This document shows positions 26,617 through 35,926 of a stretch of DNA of 64,000 nucleotides, piece by piece (the first letter of the stretch is position 1; every line of letters begins with the position of its first letter). The notes beneath the pieces are model-generated. The model was not told where the DNA came from and did not search any database. It saw only the letters and a program-made list of their open reading frames with translations. The stretch is from the IMG/VR virus record IMGVR_UViG_3300028048_000061, positions 1 to 64,000 of that record. The stretch is one strand, 5' to 3'. Position numbers and translations under genes: made by a program. The DNA comes from a virus.

Positions 26617-27675
26617 ATGTCAGAATATAAAATACTACCATCACAAGTGCTTATAGTTCCGGGCTATACAAATGAGGAAATCTTGGCTATGTCTGCAAAG
26701 ACAAAGGATAGTTCAGCGTCAGCAATCAAGAACGCAACATCATCAACAGATAAAACAACAAAAAAAAATACAACAGATACAAAAAAAGAGTCTACAACAA
26801 AAAGCTCTTCTTCTCAATCCTCAACTTCCTCGACAAAAGCTCAATCTAAAACTCGAATGCTAAAATCAAAAAAAATTCAGCCCAAATCAGTTAATGAATT
26901 ATATGAAAAAATCAAAAGCAGTTCGGTTGGTCTAAAAGGAATTAGCTTTAAAAACTCCAAATCAACCTCAACAAATACAACAAAAAACAAGAAATCTTCA
27001 ACAACAAAAAGCACATCAAAGACAAAAACAACAAAAAAAACCTCAAAGGCATCAAAGAAAAAGAAGACGACCTCAAAAACCACAAAGTCTCAGGCGAGGT
27101 CAAGCCAAAAGAATTCAAAAAAATCATCAAGTAAAAACAAAGTAAATGAATCAAGCGCAGCAGTCGCAACAGAATCACAAGTTAAAGTAGAAAAACCAAA
27201 AGCATTATTATTTTCTCCAGAGTCAGTAGATTACACACCTCATCGTAAGGATTATGAAGAATTCAATAGTGCAGATGGATTGATTTTAATCGAAAAAGCT
27301 TGTGACCAATTCGCAGAGCTTCAATTATCATTAAGTGTGCATCAAGCAATGAGAATACAAGAAAACGGGACAATTGAGTTATCTGCTGATGATAAACGAC
27401 CAATTGATATTATTACAGAAGGTGCACCAACAGTATTAGACCCAAACACAGAGCTAGGGCATTTTATGGACCCAGCAGACTTTACAGACAGTTTTATCGA
27501 AATAAGAAGAAACTTCTTTGATAAGTATATGGGAAGACCATTAACATTGGTATCTGACCTTTTTCCAACAATCGCAGTATGTTATATCACAGATATACAA
27601 TACAACATCAATGAGGGAGAGGAACACGCAGAATATTCTATAACATTTAAAGAAGTGGATAATACTTGGGGATAA
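26617..27675 (+). CDS. Putative tube-initiator/baseplate protein with Lys/Ser/Thr-rich linker
   Basis: Follows the TMP; C-terminal GRPLTLVSD..CYITDIQY..EYSITFKEV pattern. Confidence 0.55.
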   Translation: MSEYKILPSQVLIVPGYTNEEILAMSAKTKDSSASAIKNATSSTDKTTKKNTTDTKKESTTKSSSSQSSTSSTKAQSKTRMLKSKKIQPKSVNELYEKIKSSSVGLKGISFKNSKSTSTNTTKNKKSSTTKSTSKTKTTKKTSKASKKKKTTSKTTKSQARSSQKNSKKSSSKNKVNESSAAVATESQVKVEKPKALLFSPESVDYTPHRKDYEEFNSADGLILIEKACDQFAELQLSLSVHQAMRIQENGTIELSADDKRPIDIITEGAPTVLDPNTELGHFMDPADFTDSFIEIRRNFFDKYMGRPLTLVSDLFPTIAVCYITDIQYNINEGEEHAEYSITFKEVDNTWG

Positions 27676-27687
27676 TGGTGATATATA

Positions 27688-30072
27688 ATGTCATCAACAT
27701 CAATAATAAAAAAGACACCGTCTGCAATTAAAAACGCTCCAAAAAGCAATAATTTTAGCTGGGAGTCTTTATGGAATTCTGCCGTGTCATCAGTCTCCAA
27801 TACATATGGTGGATTAATTTGGATGAAAAGCTCCAACGCTAAGAAAAGAACACAATATTCTGTTAACTCTAAAGGTCAACAAGTAAGCAGAGACAATACA
27901 ACAGAAAACAAAACTCGCATTTTTGTACAGCCGACTGTAAAGGGTATCAAAACTCAAGGAAGCTCGTCATCTGGAAGCAATAGTTCCTCTTCTAAATCAT
28001 CTTCTTCTAGTAAATCAAGCTCTTCTAGTTCAGGTTCATCTGGTTCTTCATCAACAAAACAAGATGCAGAAACATATAAGGGTTCTGCATTGCCGAATTC
28101 AAGTGCTGAACGAGATTATTATTACAATCCTCATATTTATTCTCGTAAAGATTCTCGATTCAAGAAACAAATGGCAGAATCAACATATTATATTGAAGGG
28201 TTTAACGAAGCAATAGCGATAGAATCATATCCAGATGGTCTTATTCATCGTTATTTCACGGCAATGTCAATAGACTCAGATAAAAATGACATCGTGACAA
28301 CAGCAACTTTAAATTGCCCATATAGTCAGCAATTAATGAAATATTGGATTCCCGGCCAGCAATCTATCTCTATTTATGGAGGAACATTTGATAAGGAGCT
28401 GTTATTCAGAGGCAGATTAAGAGAAGCATCTCAAAACGGATACGAAATCATATTAACATTTGAAAATGTAGCGTGGAAACTAAAACAAAACATATCATCA
28501 AAATTATACAAAGAACTCGAAGGAAAAGAAGTTGAATACGCTATCAAAAGGATATTTAAAGAAGCGGGCATTAAATATCACGTTAATTTGACTGGAATTC
28601 CAAACATATCAAATTATAAGCTCGATGAAGAATGTTCTGTTAAATTAAATGATGATACTGTAGAATCCGTCCCTGAATTAACTGATGTTATCAAATCATT
28701 AAATCAGTCTGATATGTATAATGATTATGCAACAAAAACTGATGATACCATTACAGTATCTCAAAAGTATGCACAGCAAGAGATGAAAAAGCTTGACAAT
28801 ATTTTAGGAAAGCAAAACAAACACACACGAAACAAATTACGAACAAACTGGACACTAAATGATAATATCAATCTTAAAGATGTTCAAAAAATACACAACC
28901 CAGAGGATTTACAAAGGTTATCTGATGATTTGGTTGGAAAGCCACATTATCCACAAGAGGACGATACATATTTCGACGTGTTATCAAGCATAGCGTCTGC
29001 AATAGACGCTCATATGTATATGGTAAAGGATACGTGTTATTTCATTAGTTTCCCAGTATTATTCTTGATGGATAGAGAGGAAAGTGGTTTAGAGGAAGAG
29101 CCATTACTTATTGATTTTTGGATGCAAGAGGATGATTCCTTCGAATTTGATGTCAATCAATATGGTTTCTATACAACAGTTATTGTAAATTATCGTAGCG
29201 GAACTGTTATTGCAGAAAATGAAGACCTTGTTCGTGTCTTTGGACAAATGCCAATCACTTATGATGAGCCAAAATTAACAAAAACACAAGCAGAGGCCAA
29301 AGCTCAAGCTTACTTATCAGCGCATATTCGTGACTTTGCAATGACAATCAAGGTTACAGTCTTGCATACGGGAAAAATTCAAGTCGGCAGTTTTATTAAA
29401 TTGCGAAATCCTCAGACGATGAGTGAGAATCTTTATTATGTTTATGGCATTTCTACAAGTTGGGATGGAGACAATGGAACATTTAAATCAGATTTAGATT
29501 TAAGATATGGACCAGAAAATCCAGATAATCCAGAAATACCAGAGTATGGAGTTCAAGCAGTAGCTGGCGACGATGTAAACGGCCAAACACCAAATTTCAA
29601 CGCATCAAATGGACAGCCACAGAGCGTTCAACAAGCGGCTCAAGAGGCCATAAAAAGCTCAAATCCACTAGACGCCGCAGCAGAAGCGGCAATGTGGGTA
29701 GCAAAGCATATAACTTATCAATGTTATGCCGATTTTCATAGGCCTCCAGAATGTGTTTTAAGCTCAGGTTATGCTAATTGTAGTGATGGAAGCAGATTAG
29801 TGGCTGCGTTGTGTGCTTGTTTTAATATTTACATTGATTTGGTGTGGATACACGGTTATGATAGCAAACAAAGAAAAGAGGCTGGTCATGTATTCAATAG
29901 AGTTGGAAACACCGATATAGATTGGTGCAGATTTGAATTTTATGGAATTAACAAATCAAATATAGGACTGAATACACATAGTGGGGGAGGAGTTCCACAA
30001 AAATCACAAACAACCTATCCAAAACTTCCTCCTCTTCCCAATGTGGCAAATCGTTCTTGTAGCGGAAAATAA
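27688..30072 (+). CDS. Baseplate hub protein (complete) with C-terminal transglutaminase-like Cys-His-Asp domain
   Basis: Hub-like N-half (LFRGRLRE..YEIILTFEN) and C-half (YGFY..EDLVRVFG..AKAQAYLSAH); ANCSDG..GHVFN..DIDW. Confidence 0.7.
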   Translation: MSSTSIIKKTPSAIKNAPKSNNFSWESLWNSAVSSVSNTYGGLIWMKSSNAKKRTQYSVNSKGQQVSRDNTTENKTRIFVQPTVKGIKTQGSSSSGSNSSSSKSSSSSKSSSSSSGSSGSSSTKQDAETYKGSALPNSSAERDYYYNPHIYSRKDSRFKKQMAESTYYIEGFNEAIAIESYPDGLIHRYFTAMSIDSDKNDIVTTATLNCPYSQQLMKYWIPGQQSISIYGGTFDKELLFRGRLREASQNGYEIILTFENVAWKLKQNISSKLYKELEGKEVEYAIKRIFKEAGIKYHVNLTGIPNISNYKLDEECSVKLNDDTVESVPELTDVIKSLNQSDMYNDYATKTDDTITVSQKYAQQEMKKLDNILGKQNKHTRNKLRTNWTLNDNINLKDVQKIHNPEDLQRLSDDLVGKPHYPQEDDTYFDVLSSIASAIDAHMYMVKDTCYFISFPVLFLMDREESGLEEEPLLIDFWMQEDDSFEFDVNQYGFYTTVIVNYRSGTVIAENEDLVRVFGQMPITYDEPKLTKTQAEAKAQAYLSAHIRDFAMTIKVTVLHTGKIQVGSFIKLRNPQTMSENLYYVYGISTSWDGDNGTFKSDLDLRYGPENPDNPEIPEYGVQAVAGDDVNGQTPNFNASNGQPQSVQQAAQEAIKSSNPLDAAAEAAMWVAKHITYQCYADFHRPPECVLSSGYANCSDGSRLVAALCACFNIYIDLVWIHGYDSKQRKEAGHVFNRVGNTDIDWCRFEFYGINKSNIGLNTHSGGGVPQKSQTTYPKLPPLPNVANRSCSGK

Positions 30073-30084
30073 TGAGGTAATAAA

Positions 30085-31371
30085 ATGGCAAAAGAAAATT
30101 TAGATATTGTAAATCCAAATCCTTTGGTGGATACAAGTGAGGTTACAACCGAAGCTTATATTAAACTCAAGGACAAAGGTTTGGTTACAAGTTCCAACCC
30201 AGACAAGGTACTTGGAGTAGACGACAGCAAATGGTATACATCCCCTAATTTCAAGGCGCAAGTATACGTCTATACACCATTGGACAAACAATATCACCGA
30301 TATTGGACGAGTATGAACATTGATGTTCAAGTGCAGGATTTTATGGGAACGTGTGAGTTACACGCTCCTTATGATTCTGATTTAATGGCTTATTGGCAAC
30401 CTATTGCGCAGATTTGCATTGTTTATGGGTCAAATAACGGTTCGGCTAAAGTATTATTTGTAGGCCGTGTTAGAGAGGTCAAGCAAGATGGATATGAATG
30501 TGTAGTTACGTTGCAGAATTACGGTTGGAAGTTCCAACAAGATGCTCCGGCCAAATTCGTAGAGGATAACGTAACAAACAAAGATGGCTTAACAATTTTA
30601 TTGAATATCTTTGAAATCTTGAAAATCAAGGGATATACAATATCTGATAACGCTAAAAAACGGCTTAAAGAAGTTGGTATCAACTCCGATGGTAATCTAA
30701 CATTGAACGGCAAAGAGATAGAAGAAATGCCTGATTTATTAGATAGGCTAAAAGCTTTAGACAAAGCCGATATGACAACCATTATGGGCAAAAAAACTAT
30801 TACAGAAAAAGAGAGAGAAGACCAAATAAGCTGGTCAGACGTTTACAACCTAAACTATACGCTTCGATATTCTGAGCCGACCGCTGTAATGACGCAGTTA
30901 AATAACTCCTCGAATTATAGCGCAGGAAATGCAGTATACTCCAATAATTATGGTTCTGCTGGCACATCAACGTCAAGTTCCTCAACAAGCTCTTCATCAT
31001 CTTCAAACACTACATTCACAAGCACTAAAACAAGAACTGGGTCTGATGTATGGACAGCAATCGCCACATTGGTTGAAAATCATATTTCAGTATCAAAAAG
31101 CAAAAAGAATCAATATATCACTCGGTTATACAAAGCCGATGCAAAATGGGACAACATTCATAAAATTATTAAAGGCCATAATATCAAAGGAAACGGAATG
31201 TGGGGCTCTTCAAATGGAATGAATCTTACAATAAGAACACTTCTTTATCTTAAGCAACCAGAGCATAAAGATTGGACGCTTAAAAAAGCTTATGAAAAGG
31301 CAATTCTTGATGAAAAGGCAGCTCACGGAGATTGGGGAGCTTCAATTAGTAGTGCGTTAACATGGTGGTAA
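30085..31371 (+). CDS. Hub paralog: N-half only, plus S/T linker and novel C-terminal domain
   Basis: VLFVGRVREVKQDGYECVVTLQNYGWKFQQ aligns with the N-half of 27688. Confidence 0.65.
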   Translation: MAKENLDIVNPNPLVDTSEVTTEAYIKLKDKGLVTSSNPDKVLGVDDSKWYTSPNFKAQVYVYTPLDKQYHRYWTSMNIDVQVQDFMGTCELHAPYDSDLMAYWQPIAQICIVYGSNNGSAKVLFVGRVREVKQDGYECVVTLQNYGWKFQQDAPAKFVEDNVTNKDGLTILLNIFEILKIKGYTISDNAKKRLKEVGINSDGNLTLNGKEIEEMPDLLDRLKALDKADMTTIMGKKTITEKEREDQISWSDVYNLNYTLRYSEPTAVMTQLNNSSNYSAGNAVYSNNYGSAGTSTSSSSTSSSSSSNTTFTSTKTRTGSDVWTAIATLVENHISVSKSKKNQYITRLYKADAKWDNIHKIIKGHNIKGNGMWGSSNGMNLTIRTLLYLKQPEHKDWTLKKAYEKAILDEKAAHGDWGASISSALTWW

Positions 31372-31373
31372 AG

Positions 31374-32597
31374 ATGGCCAAAAATAAGACTCAAGCTGCA
31401 AAAAATGCAACCAAAGAGATTCAACAGCAAATTCAAACATGGCAGAAGTGGACGACACAAGAGCCATCATCTAATAATGATTCATTGGAAGCATCAACGC
31501 CATCTACAACAACATCGTCGTCTGCAATGGGTTCGTATACTGGTTATTCTCCATTATTAAGTGGAGAGCAATCCTTTCAGCAATTAGTTGCGGAAATCAC
31601 AAAGGGTATTAACATTTTAGTTTTGTGCAAGCGAAATATCATTAAAGTTACGGACTTTGAGACCCTTTATGCTGAAGCCCAAGTTTTAAGAGAAAACAGT
31701 AAGTATGTAGACGAAGATATCCATCTATGGCAATTAGAGGATGGTACATATGAATTAGATGTTAATGAATATGGTTTTTACAACACCGTTAATGTCGTTT
31801 ACTCTGGTGGAGTTATTACAGAGACTTACGAAGACCTTGTTCGTATATATGGAGTAATGGCAAAGACATATTATGACAAGACGTTGACGAAATCTCAAGC
31901 TCAAGCTAAAGCAAAGGCATATTTAGCCGCCCATATACAAGAATTCGGAATGGAAATCAAATGTTCCATATTGCATAATCCAGCAATTGAAATTGGAGAT
32001 ATAGTGACGTTGGAAAACCCAATGACACTAAGAGACGCCGTAAAGAAGGTAAATAAGGGATTGCCAGAATATTTGTTTGTTAGAGATATGTCAATCTCTT
32101 GGGACGATGGAGGGCCAATAAAAAATGATTTGGTATTGTCATATAGTCCAGAAGCTCCAGAGCGTGACGCAGATACAAGCACTTCCGCAAAGACCACGAC
32201 CACACCTGATAATGTATCATCAGGCACACAAGGCACAGACCAATCTACAAGTGGAAGCGGAATATCTACGCCAACCGATACGCAAACGGAAGACAACAAC
32301 AATGTCAATATATGGACAGAAATCTCTAATGTTGTTTTAAATCATATCAAGGTAACAGAGGGAAAACGTAACGGTTATATACGAAGATTATATCTTGCAG
32401 ATACAAAATGGGTAAACATTGCAAAGATTATTCAAGGACATAATATTACAGGGGGCGCTCCTTGGACAAAAGACTTGGTCATAAGGACAATTTATTACAT
32501 CAAAAAAGATAAGATAACCTCAAAAGAAGCATTCAATAAAGCTTTGAAACACGAACAAGGTTCAAAGGCCTATACATATCAAAGGCATATTAGGTGA
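31374..32597 (+). CDS. Hub paralog: C-half only, plus the same novel C-terminal domain
   Basis: EDGTYELDVNEYGFYN..EDLVRIYG..AKAKAYLAAH aligns with the C-half of 27688. Confidence 0.65.
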   Translation: MAKNKTQAAKNATKEIQQQIQTWQKWTTQEPSSNNDSLEASTPSTTTSSSAMGSYTGYSPLLSGEQSFQQLVAEITKGINILVLCKRNIIKVTDFETLYAEAQVLRENSKYVDEDIHLWQLEDGTYELDVNEYGFYNTVNVVYSGGVITETYEDLVRIYGVMAKTYYDKTLTKSQAQAKAKAYLAAHIQEFGMEIKCSILHNPAIEIGDIVTLENPMTLRDAVKKVNKGLPEYLFVRDMSISWDDGGPIKNDLVLSYSPEAPERDADTSTSAKTTTTPDNVSSGTQGTDQSTSGSGISTPTDTQTEDNNNVNIWTEISNVVLNHIKVTEGKRNGYIRRLYLADTKWVNIAKIIQGHNITGGAPWTKDLVIRTIYYIKKDKITSKEAFNKALKHEQGSKAYTYQRHIR

Positions 32598-32602
32598 GAA
32601 AT

Positions 32603-34177
32603 ATGACACATTTTGTACTCGGTTCAGATAGAATAGACAAAAATGAAAGGACATGGCTTAATGCCATCAAAAATCGATTGCAACAGTCAGGGCATCAAGT
32701 TACTGATGTAGGGGTTGGTCCAAACGTTGTTCAAGCCTATGGAGGAAGGTCTGGAGCTAAGGGGAAAATAGGTCTTATTCTAGTCGGTGGTTCGGATTTA
32801 GGAATGTATGAAGATTTTTATCAAGGTCTAACAAGAGGATATTATCATTATGATAAGATGGGTGTCTTGTTTGACTCTTGGTCGGGTTCAAAAAAAGGCA
32901 CAACCACTTGTAACGGCATTAAGAATTATAAGTTAGGCAGAGCTCACGACGACCATTATTCTTCCGCAGCAACCATAGCGCGAATTAAGGGGCAAACAGC
33001 TGATGAGTATTTTGCTAAACATTCTGACAAGCTTTTTTATGCCTGTACAGAAAGGTCAGGTGTAGAAGGATGTAATGAGTTGGCAGATATTGCAGCATCA
33101 CAAGGATATGGTTCGTCAACAGGTGGAACAACAACCGTTAATGGTCAATTTTCAAATCCAATGTTGGCGGGTGAAAAGACTTTTCAAGAAATCATATCTG
33201 AAATATGCGATGGAATTGATATTCTCTTCTTGTGCAAAAAGAATAGAGTTGTCGTAACTGATTTTGAACAGATATATGCCGATGCATTATATCTTCGAGA
33301 ACATAATGATGACCACACAAAAGACGAGGACATAAAATTATGGCAATTGGAAGACGGCTCATATGAATTGAATGTCGACCAGTTTGGATTTTACAATGCA
33401 GTCATCGTATACTATAGCGGCGGAAAGATATATGAGCAGTTTGATGACCTTGTTGATGTATATGGAGTGCAAGTTAAAGTGTATAATGACAAGACCCTTA
33501 CAAAATCTCAAGCGCAAGCCAAAGCAAAAGCATACTTGGCAGCTCACGTGCGAGATTTTAATATGGGAATCAATGCATCTGTATTAGAAAATGGTATCGA
33601 CATTGGGGATATAGTAACACTCAAAAATCCAATGAGTTACCATAAGTATAAAAAAATACCAGAATATCTGTTTGTAGAAGGTGTCTCAATCTCTTGGAGT
33701 GGTGATTATATTTATACTGATTTGGAATTGAAATATGGTCCAGAATCACCAGAGCGACCAGAGGTTCCGACGACCGGTGTAGGAAGTGTTAGAGGAAGTA
33801 GTTCAGGCAATACGGACGAAAGCGGATTAATACAAATAGGAAATGACTTGGCGTCAAAATATAAATTCAGTCGTAAAGTAGCATCATCATATTGTGCAAT
33901 GCGTGCCGCAGGAACTGGAGACTGTTTCGCTTGGAGCGGAGCATTATGGCAAGAACTTAAAAACGCCGGATACACACCAAGAGTAGTACAATATCCAACA
34001 GCATACTCTCCACATCATAGAAGCGTTCAATATAAAGACGCAAGTGGGCAATGGGTCGACTATCCATATAGTAGCACAAACATACCATGGGGAGCGAAAG
34101 CAACATCTGGAGCTAAAAACGGAACAATTGTAGTCGACGAAAACGGATTAGGTTCTGCAAGCAATATAGTATGTTAA
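32603..34177 (+). CDS. Hub paralog: distinct N-domain + hub C-half + transglutaminase-like Cys-His-Asp domain
   Basis: EDGSYELNVDQFGFYN..AKAKAYLAAH; GDCFAWS..HHRSVQY..WVDYPY. Confidence 0.7.
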   Translation: MTHFVLGSDRIDKNERTWLNAIKNRLQQSGHQVTDVGVGPNVVQAYGGRSGAKGKIGLILVGGSDLGMYEDFYQGLTRGYYHYDKMGVLFDSWSGSKKGTTTCNGIKNYKLGRAHDDHYSSAATIARIKGQTADEYFAKHSDKLFYACTERSGVEGCNELADIAASQGYGSSTGGTTTVNGQFSNPMLAGEKTFQEIISEICDGIDILFLCKKNRVVVTDFEQIYADALYLREHNDDHTKDEDIKLWQLEDGSYELNVDQFGFYNAVIVYYSGGKIYEQFDDLVDVYGVQVKVYNDKTLTKSQAQAKAKAYLAAHVRDFNMGINASVLENGIDIGDIVTLKNPMSYHKYKKIPEYLFVEGVSISWSGDYIYTDLELKYGPESPERPEVPTTGVGSVRGSSSGNTDESGLIQIGNDLASKYKFSRKVASSYCAMRAAGTGDCFAWSGALWQELKNAGYTPRVVQYPTAYSPHHRSVQYKDASGQWVDYPYSSTNIPWGAKATSGAKNGTIVVDENGLGSASNIVC

Positions 34178-34253
34178 TTTTTTTATTAATTAACATTTAT
34201 ATAAATTCTTAACTAATAATTATTAATATATAAAAGTTTTTTAGAGGTATTAT

Positions 34254-35093
34254 ATGGCAAAAGGAATATATTGCTATATTGATAAGAAAGATAATCAAAT
34301 AGTATATGTTGGCAAAGATTCGAACATCGACAAAAACAAGAGGCGTAGACAGCATTTAACTCCTTCTAGGTATAATGCACAACCAATCAATTGTATTCTG
34401 CAGAACAATCCAGATAGATACACTTATCAAGTGCTTGTTTGGAGCGTAGAAGACGAAAATACTTTAAATGCTTTGGAAATCCAGTATATACGACAATTAC
34501 AGCCTAGATTTAATTTTACCGAGGGCGGAGATGGGATGTCTGGTTTTAGGCATTCTGAAGAAACAAGAAAAAAGATGAGTGAAGCTCGGAAAGGCGAAAA
34601 TCATCCAATGTATGGAAAAACACATTCCGAAGAAACAAGAAAAAAGATGAGTGAATCTCAGAAAGGCGAAAATAATCCAATGTATGGAAAAACACTTTCT
34701 GAAAAAACAAGAAAAAAGATAAGCGAATCTCAGAATACAACAGGGTTTTATAGAGTGACTAAACAAAAAGACAACAATTGCAAGCAAGGCTTCACGTGGC
34801 GTTATCAATATCCATATAAATCGACAAGAAAAACGATTTCCTCTACTGATTTGAAAAAATTAGAAAAAAAAGTGAGAAAAGAGGGGTTGGAATGGAAAAT
34901 TATTAATGAAAAAAGAGCTCAAAAATCATTGGAAGAAAATAATAGATATCGTACAAACAATAAAAGAAAGTGTTTGTCATCAACCTCTTTAAAAACGTTA
35001 GAAAAAAGAGTTCGAGAAAACAATCTTAAATGGCAAATTGTTAATAATGAAAAAGCAAAACAATCAATATTGTTGGATGGATGTGATATATAA
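34254..35093 (+). CDS. GIY-YIG homing endonuclease with NUMOD3 repeats
   Basis: MAKGIYCYID..VYVGKDSNID; HSEETRKKMSE..GEN.PMYGKT repeated; TGFYRV..KQGFTWRY. Confidence 0.92.
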   Translation: MAKGIYCYIDKKDNQIVYVGKDSNIDKNKRRRQHLTPSRYNAQPINCILQNNPDRYTYQVLVWSVEDENTLNALEIQYIRQLQPRFNFTEGGDGMSGFRHSEETRKKMSEARKGENHPMYGKTHSEETRKKMSESQKGENNPMYGKTLSEKTRKKISESQNTTGFYRVTKQKDNNCKQGFTWRYQYPYKSTRKTISSTDLKKLEKKVRKEGLEWKIINEKRAQKSLEENNRYRTNNKRKCLSSTSLKTLEKRVRENNLKWQIVNNEKAKQSILLDGCDI

Positions 35094-35917
35094 TGGGCGA
35101 CATACGGAATCATTCAGCAACCAACGCTTATTTTCGTGACAATTTTAAAAGGCTCGCAGGAACCAAAACTCAAAAGGGTGATTTAAATACCTCTGATGGC
35201 TCTGTGATTTATGATACTGGCATATTATTGAGAATAGAAAAAAAGAAAATTTTACAGAACGGTTGGATAGTTGAAGTTAATGATAAAACATATCGTTGCA
35301 CAAACGACTCTGAACGACTCACCGTTCCAAAGCATACAGAATCAACAGAGTATTACGTTCCCACAGAAACAATTCAAGTTGACGTATCATTAGACACAAC
35401 ACATAAAATCTACAAGTTATTGCGTATGCGACTGTCAAACGAAGATGGAGTGTCAGTAGTGCAATCAAATGGGCAATTGACATTATTGAGTCCTTCAGCA
35501 TCATCAATATTACCATTCGTTTCATCATCACACGAAACGGCAGAGCAGACAAGAAAAAAGCAAGAAAAGGCAGACGGTAGCGCAATCGCGTTAAGGGAAG
35601 ATAGCATATCACTCGTCGGAAAAGTGTTCGTGAATAACGTGGACCTTGAAAACGCATTAAGTAACACGGTCACCACGGCCTCAGCAACACAGATGGAGAC
35701 AACAAACACCATAATAACGTCAGACGCAATAAACATCAAATTCGAACACGTATATTCGCAAATGCCCAGCTTAACCTTGACAAACGCAAAAAAAGAACCA
35801 TTAAATTACACTTACACATTCATCACCGACACAAACGGAAAATATACAGGAGCTAATGTCCATTTCACAGAAGCTTCTGAACAAGAAATCAACATTCTGA
35901 TAGTAGGAAGTCCATAG
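35093..35917 (+). CDS. Putative baseplate spike (OB-fold N-terminus)
   Basis: Position after the hub genes; beta-rich; not confirmed by a motif. Confidence 0.45.
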   Translation: MGDIRNHSATNAYFRDNFKRLAGTKTQKGDLNTSDGSVIYDTGILLRIEKKKILQNGWIVEVNDKTYRCTNDSERLTVPKHTESTEYYVPTETIQVDVSLDTTHKIYKLLRMRLSNEDGVSVVQSNGQLTLLSPSASSILPFVSSSHETAEQTRKKQEKADGSAIALREDSISLVGKVFVNNVDLENALSNTVTTASATQMETTNTIITSDAINIKFEHVYSQMPSLTLTNAKKEPLNYTYTFITDTNGKYTGANVHFTEASEQEINILIVGSP

Positions 35918-35926
35918 GAGAATAAA

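Noticed and set aside
3773-35093. Group I introns or inteins hosting the GIY-YIG genes
   Set aside because: Each endonuclease lies between complete genes with its own RBS; no interrupted host ORF and no intein termini seen in TerL, portal, MCP or TMP.
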